Below are positions 1 to 11,559 of a DNA stretch of 64,000 nt, piece after piece. How positions within the stretch are numbered: position 1 is the stretch's first letter; each line of letters starts with the position of its first letter. The notes beneath the pieces were generated by a model. That model searched no databases. It worked only from the letters and a program-made list of their open reading frames with translations, and was not told where the DNA came from. The position numbers and the translations under genes were made by a program. Source of the stretch: Podospora anserina (Eukaryota); contig CM030334.1 of NCBI GenBank assembly GCA_017654855.1, positions 3,844,001 through 3,908,000 on the forward strand, in the 5' to 3' direction.

Positions 1-370
1 CAGACAAGTAATGAGGCATGGACGCCATGGCACTCCCGACATCTTCGACCTTGGTGCATGCTGAGAGAGCTTTGACTTTGGCATCGCCGATATTGTCGTT
101 GAGGCTGCCGGTGAGGAGGAGGACGCGGACGAGGACGAGGATGAGGAGAACGGTCCATCGGTTGAACCAGAGCTGAGAGAGCCTGGCGCGGAGGCCGAGG
201 TAAGGAGTGACGGTGGGATCGGTGTGGGCGTGTGGTTGAAGCTTGGGAGCGGCCTGATTTTGCTGACTTCTATCGAGGTCGATCATCTCCCAGGAGTTGG
301 CGTTGAGGCTGGCGGGAACAGGCGGCACCGGGGTTGGCCCTCCGGCCCTGCCCTTCTCGTCGTAGGTCAT
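1..370 (-). CDS. PRM1: Plasma-membrane fusion protein Prm1, 5' part; gene runs off the left edge
   Basis: Missing from the ORF track. Manual translation from ATG 370 gives [11 protein letters not shown]...[69 protein letters not shown], the characteristic N-terminus of ascomycete Prm1. Confidence 0.92.
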   Translation of the reverse strand, partial: MTYDEKGRAGGPTPVPPVPASLNANSWEMIDLDRSQQNQAAPKLQPHAHTDPTVTPYLGLRARLSQLWFNRWTVLLILVLVRVLLLTGSLNDNIGDAKVKALSACTKVEDVGSAMASMPHYLS

Positions 371-612
371 TTTGTTATAAGGAAACTAGTGAAGGTATCT
401 TGATCCAGCCAAGAATAATGGATTGTTGTGTGTATCGTGTATCTCGTTGCCGTATGTATGTATGTACCTCGATGATATCGTTGATGAGTATGGAAACCGA
501 AATAGGAAACTGAGTAGCAAATAAGAAGTCAAGGAAATGGAAAAAGAAAATGACAGAAGAAAAATGACAGACTCAAGCAAGCCAGGTGAGCATGATTGAG
601 GGTGAACTGCCA

Positions 613-700
613 CGCGAAACAACAGTGGCGATGGACAATGGAGGAAAAGAGACAATGGGACTGTGTCGCGAAACAATGACGAGGGGCAGGTGTTGACAAT
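613..700. promoter_or_regulatory. Cluster of ACAAT (HMG-box-like) cores and a duplicated CGCGAAACAA upstream of PRM1
   Basis: ACAAT at 635, 652, 673 and 696; CGCGAAACAA at 613-622 and 667-676; about 240-330 bp upstream of the PRM1 ATG. Function inferred. Confidence 0.45.
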
Positions 701-2096
701 AAGAGAAAGCGAATGAATAGTGAATACACGGCCCGCACATGACCCAGGGCCCCAGACGATAGAGACAGGGCTGCTCTTTGTCGGTGTCGACAAAGCCATA
801 CAAGGTGAATTGCAACGCCATCTTGAAGCGCTCGCCTTAAGCGCCGGGGGCATGTGAGCCAGTCGTTTCTCCGTCCGGGGTCCTCCGGGGCGGCTGCCGA
901 AACCACGTCGTCAAACTGCGAGGCGACCTTACATGACGGTCAGTCTCTGTTGATTGAACAGGATAAAAGTGGCTGAACCCGATCTTGCATTCAACGGTCT
1001 TGTCACATCGTGGGAGGAAACTCTGCGAGATCTGGCATCGGCTGTCACCAGGGCACTACCCGTCACGGAACCGGAGGATTTTGAGAGTTGAGTGTCCGCA
1101 TGATTGACTGCTGGTGTTTGTTGTGTTGTGCATATCCATGTGTCGGCTCTGCGTGCCAGCCCAGTCGTCGCTCATGGCTAGGATGATGATGGAACTTGAA
1201 GAAGATGACGATGCGAAACTGGAGGTGAATTATTGGAGTTGCTCAGTTGTGGTTCAAACCGCACCATCGAATGCCAAGCCACACCTGCCTGCTGCCCTGA
1301 GGCCAGCCACCCGCCTCACTTGCTGCCCGTTATTCTGCCTTCCAGCATATCGTACTTCAATACCTTGAAAGCTGATTCTTCCGATGATTCTCCATTCAAC
1401 ATCTCAACTTACTTACACCATTGAGGTGACTCATCAAGTTGACCTCGCAGAGATCCCTTTATGAGCCGTCACTCTCAGAGTTGTGCCAAGAGTCAAGACC
1501 AGACGGACGAGCTTGCCAATTGATTGGTTGACGTTGCTCAGGAACGGCGGCTACCAGCGATCCACTTTGCCGGGGCGGGAGCTGTCAGCCAATCAACCAT
1601 CCAAGATCCCTAGCTTTAATTCTCAAAATAGCTTTCTTGCCATCTCTTTGTTTTCTAAGACCACGCGACAATAACGCCTGGGGAAATTTGGTTTCGTCGG
1701 GGATATTATCTCATTCTGGAGCTACTAGTTTATCTTGGTGGCCGAAGCCAGGACATATCAATGCCATGCGCAACATGAGTGTAGAGAGTCAAAAACAATC
1801 TGCAAGGGAACTCGGTAGCAGAGTATTGATTTGATTAGCTGATGAGAGCAGAGCGAGTGACAGTTTCCAGGTAATGCTTTCTTGTCTTTATGCTCATCAT
1901 AGCTTCGCCATTCTGTTTGGCCTGCTCTTCCAGCCAAGAGAAATCATGTCGATATTCCTAGGGGTAAAGCCGTAAGGCAGCTGGAGCATGTTGAAGAAAA
2001 GCTTGAGCAAGATGAACCAAATCGAGACGGACATGTTCAGAAATACACGTAAGATGTATACACATAAATTTACATTGCTTCGCATCTGCTCATCCT

Positions 2097-2960
2097 CTAC
2101 ACCTTCGCCTTCTTAGGGGCCTTCTTCGGTGCAGGTTTCTCCTTCATGAAGCCCTCATCCTTGGCCGCCTCGACCTCGCCCAGTTCGAGAATCTGCTCAC
2201 TACCTGTCTCCGCCAATATGGCATCCGTCTCCTTGATATACGCCTCCTTGCCCGCCTCATCCACCACCCTCCCATCCGGAAGCACATGCTGCCCAGTCGA
2301 CGCTTCCGATCCCGTCACACCCAGCTTCTTCTTGGTATAAAACTGAATCTGCTTCTGCTCCATTTTGTACCTCTTGTTCTCCTCCCTCACCTGCTTCTCC
2401 AACACCCCGTCCACCAACCCCAACTGTTTCCTCTCGGCGGCGAACCTCTGCTTGACAGCCCTGGTCTGCATGATTCTCCAGCGTAACCTCCAGCCCCACG
2501 GACCCAGCTCCTTGATCCTGTTGGGCTTGATCCCCAAGAGGTACTCATCCAGCCCGCCGACCTTGTCAATGGTCCGGAGGACCCGGGTGGTCAGCCTCGT
2601 CTGGACCCAGGTGCGGAGGGAGAGGGAAAAGAGGCGCTTGCGGTGGACGTTGGGGCGCCATGTTCGGCGGGTCTTGATCTCGTTCTTCTCGGAGACGTTG
2701 TTGCCGTAGCGGATGGTGGCGTGGCCGTAGAGGCCGGTGTTGGACTGCTTGTAGTAGAGGCGGGGTCCGAGAGGGTAGGGGGGGATATGGGGGGCTTGGC
2801 CGGTGGGTGAGGGGATGGGGCCGCCGGAAGGTCTGTTTTGGTTGTAGAGTTGGGAGAGGGTGGTGGAGAAGGAGCGGATGGGGAGGGTGAATGTGCCGGT
2901 GGTGGTAGTGGTGGTTGTCGCCGCGCGGAGGCAGGTTCTCGCTGGGAGGAGGGCTGACAT
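2097..2960 (-). CDS. MRPL24: Mitochondrial large-subunit ribosomal protein bL28m (yeast Mrpl24 homolog)
   Basis: Likely start MSALLPARTCLR with a presequence-like Arg/Thr/Ser-rich N-terminus. L28 motif GLYGHATIRYGNNVSEKNEIKTRRTWRPNV...RVLRTIDKVGGLDEYLL. Confidence 0.9.
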   Translation of the reverse strand: MSALLPARTCLRAATTTTTTTGTFTLPIRSFSTTLSQLYNQNRPSGGPIPSPTGQAPHIPPYPLGPRLYYKQSNTGLYGHATIRYGNNVSEKNEIKTRRTWRPNVHRKRLFSLSLRTWVQTRLTTRVLRTIDKVGGLDEYLLGIKPNRIKELGPWGWRLRWRIMQTRAVKQRFAAERKQLGLVDGVLEKQVREENKRYKMEQKQIQFYTKKKLGVTGSEASTGQHVLPDGRVVDEAGKEAYIKETDAILAETGSEQILELGEVEAAKDEGFMKEKPAPKKAPKKAKV

Positions 2961-3343
2961 TGTGATGTGGTGTGCTGCCCACAGGGGGCAATTTGGCGGT
3001 GTGAAAAAGGGAAAAACTATCGCGGTAGCATTGGCTGGGGTCGGGTTGGTGCACGAGGCGCAATTGACGGAGTGGGCGCACAACTCGCAGGCGACTGACG
3101 ATAGCAGCGACGACGGCGACGGCGACGACGAGGTTGAGCTCCAAAAATTCGAGCAGCCGAAATGCATGGGTTGTGGCAGCCGGTGCCGGTTGCCCATGGT
3201 TGGGTGTCCAGGAGCTTGGACCACCCACTCTCAGCACTCACTCACTCTCAGGGACCCTTGTCTCTCACTCATCGCGACTCTCACTCATCGACGACTTACA
3301 CCTTCTTTCAACCCATCTTTTTCAAAACAAAAAAACAGCCAAA

Positions 3344-4509
3344 ATGATACCCCCTATTGACGATCTGGTTCTGCAGCAAAATCCCGAATTTGCAGCTCTT
3401 TACACCACCCTCACAACAGTCATCCTCAATCCCGATGCCTCCACACGAAAAGACCCCAAGGCCAAAAAGCGAGCTGCGGTGAGAAAGGTGCCGCTTACAC
3501 CTCTTTTTGTCGACCATGTTCACATAGGTACTGACCCCCGAACCAGGAACTCGACACCCACCGGCTCAAAACAGCCAAACATCACCTCCTCATCAACGCC
3601 ATCTCCACCGCCCACCCAACAACAGAACAACCACCCCCTCCAGCCCAAGAAAAACCATCCCTCCTCCGCCACCGCTCAACCCGCTCCCGCTCCGAATCCC
3701 AACCCCTGAAACCATCCGGTCCCCTCCCGCCACCCCTCCCCCTGGCCCAACCAAAACCCCCTCCCCTCCCTCAGTCCCTTCTCGACCTCCTCCTCCTCCT
3801 ACCCCCCCTTTTGTCCCCCAGCTCCCCCATCCCTCCCCCCCAGCTCCCCCTCTTGCTATCCTCCCCCCCATTCTCCCTCCTCCCCTCCCACGTCCCCCTC
3901 CTCTCCTCGTTCTTGTCTCAAACCCTCCACACCAGCGCCTTAACCCTCGCCCGCCTCTCCCAACCAAACATCAACCCCTCCTTCCTCCACCGCTCCATCC
4001 CTTCCCTCCCAGCCTTCACCCTCACCCAGCTCGAAACCCTCCACCACAAGAAATACTCCCTCCTCCGCTCCCGCCTCTCCCTCGCCGTCTCGGTCAGCAG
4101 CCTCCTCGATCAGCAGATCCTCATCCTCTCCAAGCTGATCAGGTCCCTCGAGGCCAAACACGGTCCCATATCTCGATGGCTAGAATACTCGGCCTCGGAA
4201 AGGGCCCTTGTCGCGCAGAAGCAAGAGCTCGAGATCAAATCTGTCGGTCGGGCGCTCAAAAAAGAGGTTTACAGTCCAGAAGTGGCCACAGCGTTGGGGA
4301 ATTACTCTCGACATCTGAGGGATGCCAAGTCGCGGTTAGGAGAGAGAATCAAGGGGCTGGAGGGGGAGCTGGGGGAGTATCACCACCAAGACGCAAGCAC
4401 GGAAAGGGAAAAGACGAGGAAAATGAGGGAAATGGCGAGGGTGTATGCTGACATGGGGAGGCAGTTGGACGAGGTCAGAAAGGATTTGGAGAGGTTGGAT
4501 ACTGCTTGA
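3344..4509 (+). CDS. Coiled-coil protein, probable augmin subunit HAUS4/Aug4; intron 3488-3546
   Basis: Exon 1 MIPPIDDLVLQQNPEFAALYTTLTTVILNPDAST splices (GT...ctgac...CAG) into ELDTHRLK and the 3811-4509 frame. The N-terminal NPxFxxL and C-terminal YSPEVATAL...LGEY...MARVYADM...KDLERL pattern resembles HAUS4 by eye. Confidence 0.6.
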
Positions 4510-4726
4510 GAGGGAGAATCAAATCAAATCAAACCATGCTTCTTTTTGTGTACAAGCCCAATCCCATCCATCGTCTATAGATACGATAAATCTTTGTCTA
4601 CATGACAAGGCATCTTTTGTCTTCCCTTCACACACACGCGCGCGCAAAAAAACAAACTCCCAACCATCCAAAATGTACTCCGGAAATTTTTCATGTTTTA
4701 CTTCATTACATTATTTTTACAGGTGT

Positions 4727-6360
4727 TCAACCGGTAACCTTGAAGATGGCCTCGGCCAGTCTCCCGACGTTGCCGGTGGTGATGCCAGCAACCGAGATTC
4801 TGCCGTCGCGGGTGGCGTAGACGCTGTGCTCCTTGGCCAGCGCATCCATCTGCTCGGGCGACAGGCCAGTGTAGGCAAACATGCCAATCTGGCTGGTGAT
4901 GTGGCTCCAGTCGTGCTTGCTGCCGAGCTTCTCGAGGTTCTCCTTGAGGAGGGCACGCATGGTGATGATGCGATCGGCCATCTCCTTGACCTCGACGAGC
5001 CACTGGTCGTAGAGGGCGGGGGTGTTGAGGATCTCGGCGGCGATGCGGGCACCGTGGATGGGGGGGTTGGAGTACATGGGGCGGACGAGGATCTTGATCT
5101 GGGAGTCGACGCGCTTCTTCTCCTCGGCGTTCTCGCAGACGATGGAGAAGGCACCGATGCGCTCGCCGTAGAGACCCATGTTCTTGGCGAACGACTGGGA
5201 GAGAGCAACGTTGTGACCCTGGGCGACAAAGTGGCGGACGGCAAAGGCATCCTTGTGGATGTCACCCGAGGCAAAGCCCTGGTAGGCCATGTCGAAGAAG
5301 GAGTAGTGACCCTTGGCCTTGACGGCCGCCTCGATCTCCTTCCACTGCTCGGGAGTAGGGTCGACACCGGTGGGGTTGTGGGCGCAGGCGTGGAAGAGGA
5401 AGATGGAGCCGTTGGGGGCCTTGTTGATGTCGGCGATCATGCCCTCGAAGTCGAGGCCGATGGTCTCCTTGTTGTAGTAGGCGTACTTCTCCACGGCGAG
5501 GCCGGAATCCTTGAAGACGGCGGCGTGGTTGGCCCATGAGGGCTGGGGAATGTAGATGGTCTTTGCGCCGGGGAAGAACCTGGCGAGGAAAGCGCCGCCA
5601 ATGCGGAGGGCGCCAGTACCGGAGATGGACTGGGTGATGGCGACACGGTCGAGGGCCGGGGAGTCCTTGCCATAGGCGAGAACGGCAGCAGCCTTGGTGA
5701 ACTCGGGGACACCGGTGATGCCAGCGTACTCCTTGTTGAGGCGCGAGGCAATCACCTTCTCCTCAGCCTGACGGACAGAGGGCAGGACATAGGGCTTTCC
5801 AGCGTCATCGCGGTAGGCGCCGACACCTTGTGGGGGGGTTGTTAGTCTCGCGCGCGGGATATTCGCTTTTGGGGACGGGAACGGAACGAACCGAGGTTGA
5901 TCTTCTTGTCGAAAGTGTCGGCCTTGAAAGCTTCCGTGATACCTGGAGACGAGCAACAGACGTCAGTTTTCGGTCTTGGGTCTGTGACGCCTTGCGCAAA
6001 GGCAACCGGGAGGAACAAACACACCAAGAATGGCCTGTGAAAAGTCATTGACGGGTCCCGGTGGTTAGCAAAACGTCATACGGCACTGGACACTACCTCA
6101 TGCGCGCGCGAGGAACCGTCGGGAAGACTGGTAGTAGGGTGACAGGAAACATACATCCTGTTGCAGAAGAACGTTAGCTACTGACAGTTGCGCAAAGGCA
6201 ACCACGCCGTTGACGCCGTTGACACGGTTGGACAGATCAACCAAAAACATACTGGGGGACCTTGAGGGACATTGGCCCACGTAGAAGCAGCGCGGAGGGT
6301 GAACTGGGCGCGGCCAGCAAGGGCGGCCCGGCGCGAAACCACTCTGAGGGAGGAAAGCAT
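4727..6360 (-). CDS. GOT2: Mitochondrial aspartate aminotransferase; exons 6360-6253, 6157-6155, 6034-6025, 5942-5892, 5826-4727
   Basis: Presequence [14 protein letters not shown]; the spliced model gives [19 protein letters not shown]...[12 protein letters not shown]; motifs [22 protein letters not shown] lysine [12 protein letters not shown] and GRIS. Confidence 0.96.
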
Positions 6361-7427
6361 CTTGCGTCTCGTCTGTCTCTCTGAGGAGGTGTCAGTGTCG
6401 AGGTGAAGGAGAGAGAAACAACACAGAAATGACGGTTGGGAAGGTGTGGATTTTACCTCGCCGGTCTGGCAGTTCTAGAGTCTACCGAGTTTCTTGGGTA
6501 GTGAGCTGTGGTTCGATGCGCCTTCGAAATGGGGGGGGGTTCAAGTGGCTTGTGGGTGGGTGGTTCCCCGTCACATCACCTGTTGGAGGTGGGGCAGAAA
6601 AGTTTTTGACCAATTGTTGTGCTGGAAACCCGAGCAGCATCCCACGAACGGTGCCGCCACGGAGCAGGATTCCGTCCACCCCCGACCTCGGCCGAGCTAC
6701 CCCGGCCTCAATGTGACTCTTTCTGGCGGCTGAATGCAATCCAGCTGTCATCTTTTCTCTTTTTGCTCTCCCTTATGGCCATCAATCAGCGAGGCTGCAG
6801 CTGAGAGTCAGGACTTGTTTCGGCGTTTAGGGTTCAACCACAGCTTTTGGGGAAATGGAGGGGAATGAGGGGTAGCTGTTGATGTTGCTGGGCCAACCAC
6901 TCTAACACCGATTTACTAGGGAGGTAGCTGACATGTGAACACCATGAAGGCCTATTCACTGCTTCAGAGGTTGTGAGATGACAAGTTAATCGATGAGATC
7001 AGATGAAGTTGCCTTCCACTTCAGTTCTGTGTAATGGCTGATTCGGTGTTTGGGAAATCGTCATCGCGTTTGCCTTCGGTCTCACCTCTCACGGCAACCA
7101 CATCATCACAATGCAACGCTGGCGTGTGCGAGCCGGAATAGGGGCTCAGGGGTAAGGGTCAGCACACACTCCCTCTACTAATCGGGCTCGATGCATCTAC
7201 GGGTGCAACCAGCATGGCAATCATGGAAATTCTTGACGCCAGTTGGTAGCAAACACGGGTGTCGCAATGTCACTGTCATCCCATCCACGTATCTGCTTAA
7301 ACATCACCCACCAGTATAAGTTGACCCCTGAGCACGCCATCATCTACTATCACCATCATCAAAGACAGTTCAAGACTGCTACATCACCATCACCACCACC
7401 ACCACCACTACCACCACCACCACCACA

Positions 7428-8567
7428 ATGCATCTCCACCCAACCATCCCGCTTGTCGTCTTCCTGGCTCGGGCCTCGGCCCAGGTTCACAGGATGGAGT
7501 TCGCCGACTCCTCCTCCCCCTCCATGCGCTTGCTGGCCGCCGAGTGCCCTGCAACAGCTGAGATGCCCAAGTGCGCCGTATGTTTTCCCTCTATTATACC
7601 CTCGGTTTGACACTAACACGAAAACCAGATCAGCTGCATCGACACGGCCGCGTCCTCCAACGGCTGCCCAACCGCCTCCGACCTCACCTGCCAGTGCAAC
7701 AACTGGGCCGCCATCCAGCAAGCCGCCGCCCCCTGCGTCATCGCCGCCTGCGCGGCAAAAGCCCCCGATGTCCTCTCCATCGCGAGCGAGATCTGCTCCC
7801 AGTGCGCCGGCGTCCCGGTCGCCCAGACCATGAACGGGGAGGCGAACTTGCAGTGGGCGGCTGCTCAGCCTACGGGGAAGGCGTCGGTTCGTCGTAGTCA
7901 GGAGGGCCAGCTTCGCGATTGGGAGGATCTCTGGGTGGATGAGGAAGGGAAGGGGTGGGTGACCTTGCCGAGGAGGGCTGTCGTTGGTGCCGTGGCCAAG
8001 GAGACGGGACGGCCGGTGGTGCCGAGGGAGGTTTTGGAGCAAGACGGAGACAGGAAGATGCTGGCCCGGGCTGACCGCAAGCCGTTGGGACCGATCGACA
8101 TCAACTCCCTTGACCTTTCAGAAACGGGTCCCGAGCTCCCTGGCTTTGGGTCTGGCAAGTCAACGGACCCTGAGGAGCCTGACTTTGGCACTGACGGCGC
8201 CCTCTCTTTCCACTGGGAGGGCCCGGAGCTTCCTGACTTTGAGTCTGACGAGTCCCAGGCCGGCTTTGGGTTTGAAAAGTCTAAGAGTCCCGAGCTGCCC
8301 GATTTTGGCGGCGAGCCCACTGAACTTCACCCTTGCTGGCCAGCAGGCTACCGGGGCTCTGGAAGCTTGCGGTCGTGTGATGACTTGCCCGACCACGACG
8401 GTGACAACCTTGGCGGAGCTGAGGAGAAGGATTTCGAGCGGACGAGATCCCGCACGTGGAAGAGAAAGACTGATCTTGTTTATGAAAAGGAGCAGGAGAG
8501 GTTGAGGCAGTTGAAGGATATGAAGGAGCAGGAGGAGCAGGGTGAGCAGATGAAGTGGACGTGGTAG
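7428..8567 (+). CDS. Secreted CFEM-domain protein with an acidic PELP(D/G)F-repeat tail; intron 7578-7628
   Basis: Signal peptide MHLHPTIPLVVFLARASA; spliced PKCAISCIDTAASSNGCPTASDLTCQCNN...APCVIAAC...EICSQC matches the CFEM cysteine spacing; in frame with the 7830-8567 ORF. Confidence 0.8.
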
Positions 8568-8731
8568 AACGCAAACAGGAATGCCTTCACTGAGGGAGGT
8601 GGGTGCAAGAAGGACTGAAAAGAAGGATTTAGATTGATGATGGTTATGGTATCATTAAATTCATGCTGATCGCTCTACCTCGCACTCCCCGTCTATGTCT
8701 TATCTCTGTGTCTGTACCCATTTTCTACCAC

Positions 8732-9897
8732 TCAAAGGGAAGCCTTGGCCTCCGGCTCGTTCTCCAAGACGAATCTGTATCTCGGCGCTCCCTTCTCGAA
8801 ATCGATAATAGCCTGGTTGGCGTCCTTCATGGGGATGGTAGAAATCCACGGCTTGACACCCTTGGCGAGGGCCAAGTCGAACATCTCCCTGATGTCATCC
8901 GGGCTGCCGATCAAACTGCCAGTGATCTTGATGCGCTTGAAGATCAAGGGCTTCTGCTGGAAGGTTGGGAAGCCGTCATCGGGCAGACCGACCTGCACAA
9001 AGACACCGTCAAACTTGAGCAGGTTGAAGTAGTCCTGTACCGGCATGTCGGTCTGGCTGACAGTGCAGACGATCAAATCGATGGTGTTGGCGTGGGTCTT
9101 GCCCCATCTGGGGTCCTCGGCGGTAGCGATGAACTCGTCAGCGCCCATCTTGAGGGCGTCCTCTTTCTTGGCGTTTGTTCTAGAGATGACAACGACCTTG
9201 TCCGCACCGAGAGCCTTGGCCCACATGACACCAAAGTGGCCGAGGCCACCGAGACCGACGATACCGACTGTCTTGCCGGGACCGGCGCCGTGGTGCTTGA
9301 GGGGAGCGTAGGTGGTCACACCACCGCACAACATCGGAGCGGCCTCGGCGCTGGAGATGCCCTCGGGAATCTTGACGGCGAAGCGGGCGGGAACGCGGTT
9401 GTAGGTGGCGTAACCGCCGTAGGACTTGCCGCCGTTGAGGTAGACGCCGTTGTAGGTACCGACGTGCTTGTTGGGGCAGTAGTTCTCCTGGCCAGACTCG
9501 CAGGCCTCGCAAGGCTTGCCCATGCGGCTGCAGCAAGAGTCGGACTGGGCACCGACACCCACGCGGTCGCCCAGAGCGAGGTGCTTGACTTGAGAACCGA
9601 CTCTGACGACCTTGCCGACGATTTCGTGACCAACGCAGCATGGGTAGAGAGTTGGGCCCTGGTGTTTCACGTTAGCATTCCGTGCTGGCTCGGGAGTCTC
9701 GGAAAGATTTGGTGAGGACAACATACCCATCCGGAGCGGAGAGTGTGAAGGTCGCTGCCGCAGATACCGCAGTGAGAGATCTTGATATCGATGTCGGTCT
9801 CCTCCCAAGGCTTGGGCTCAAACTCGCCCCATTGCATCTTGCCCTCGGCCGAGCTGGCATCGAGGCCAAGCCATCCTTCAAACTTGTAGTCGGTCAT
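8732..9897 (-). CDS. NADP-dependent zinc alcohol dehydrogenase (CAD/Adh6-like MDR family); intron 9659-9726
   Basis: CGICGSDLH, GHEIVG, structural-zinc cysteines (CxxC...C), APMLCGGVT and Rossmann motif GLGGLG. Confidence 0.93.
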
Positions 9898-11559
9898 TTT
9901 TGATTATTTCGAAAGGGCGGCTGAGTTCAAGTCTGGGAAAAGACTAGGCAAGTAAGGGTATCAAAGATGAGGTAGAGGTAGAGGCGATGATGAAAGAACA
10001 GGACCAGACACAAAACTCAGAGTGAGTGAGGAAACGACGAGATATATACCACCCTTCCCCTTCCCTTCTCCTCCGCGGCATCCATTACCAATGCCCAGAA
10101 CCATGAGCGACTCCATAGATTGCGCTCGAATCCATTTTTCTGTTTCGAAATCTCCACCTTGCCGAGTATCAAAATTAGTAATGCAGCTTGTTGTACGGGG
10201 CTGTCACGGACTGAATAGTGCATCTTCACGATACAGGTAGTTGTTCCGGCACCGGGGCCTCCCTGTTGCTACCTAATCTTTTTCCGGTAATTCTTTTCGC
10301 CCAAGAAAGCACGTCTTTTCTTTGCAGAAAAGCCATCTCGAGTGGTACCTATCTTACCAAGCGTGGCAAAACAGTAAGCTAGCGCCAAACAGAAGAAAAA
10401 AATCCCATGTTATTGTTCCAGGACCACGTTTCTAAATTCCGAAAATTCCGACAGGGCGGGATGACGAAATCGTCGATAAGGCGAGCACATGGTGGAGTTT
10501 AGATAAAGTCGGTGGATAGCGATCTATCGTGGGTATCCAGTCAGAGGTGAATCGTGACGGCGCCAGCAAAATCGAGTCAAGGATTTGCCTCCGACGCCAA
10601 AAGACCGAGTCTCGGGAAGTGGGGCCCAACTCGACATGGTTGTTTCAACATTTTCAACATGACTTTTGATTAAGGTAAGATCTTTGTAAAGAGGATCAAG
10701 GTTTGTAGATTAGACGGCCCAAGCTCTATAAAGACTCGGTGGCCAACATTAGGTAAGCTATGTGTAGGGTAGTCCCTATATCTTGTGGACATCAACTTGA
10801 ATTTCACCAGATATCAAAAGATGGAAACGAATGAGGGTTGATATTGTTGAAATCAATAGTCAGTTAGACGCAAAATGATCTGAGTTCACCTTCCGTCTTG
10901 ACGGCTACCTCCCGTCCCAGATTACATTACAGGATTTGATTCTTTTGAGTAATTTGTATTGGCCTTTTGGGTAATGCGAGTTGCGCTTGAGGGAGACGGC
11001 GGCCCAAGGACAAAGCCATGGAAACGAGGGTTGGTCAATGTTGGGGATATGATTATGAAGGACAGACTCAAGGGGATATGACTGAACGGGCAGTAACTGT
11101 ATGATGGGTTGCTGGTTGGGGTGTTGCTGTTCGGGGTGGATACTGTGTAGGTGAGGCATTGCATAGTATCGGGGATGAGGTTGGATGAGATCAAAGCGCA
11201 GGCGGGTAACGATGCCGTGAAAGTTGATGTTAAGCTGGAGCCTAGAGCTTATTGCGGTTTAGGTTTAGGGCGTGTGCAACATTGGTATAGCGATGTGTGT
11301 TGTCGGCACAGGGGTGTGATGACAGCCAACACCAGCTGCAGATTCTGACCAGGGTGCCAACTCGTCCGCTGCCTTGGGTCAATGTTACCACCTCAATAAG
11401 CGCACGTATGGGATGTCACTTCGTCGACCAGGTTTCTGGGCTCGGCAGGCAAAGTCGTCTTATAAAAACCAAATCAACATCCCGTTTTCTCACCACACAC
11501 AAACACAAACACCAACACCAACATCAACATTAACATCAACATCAGCATCAACAGACAAG

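Noticed and set aside
930-2090. Short protein-like fragments (IKVAEPDLAFNG... on +, RLDLVHLAQAFLQH... on -)
   Set aside because: No recognisable family and no coherent gene model. It may be a relic but I cannot support a call.
2961-3224. N-terminal extension of the 375-aa ORF (2097..3224)
   Set aside because: It begins at a non-ATG codon in promoter-like sequence. The ATG at 2960 gives a sensible mitochondrial presequence.
4445-5539. Long antisense ORFs over AAT, and similar ones over ADH, ABC and NRPS (e.g. 8663-9715, 44389-45576)
   Set aside because: Shadow frames produced by strong codon bias in the real genes on the opposite strand.
10600-11300. Small minus-strand ORFs between ADH and the beta-propeller gene
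   Set aside because: No motifs or splice-supported model.
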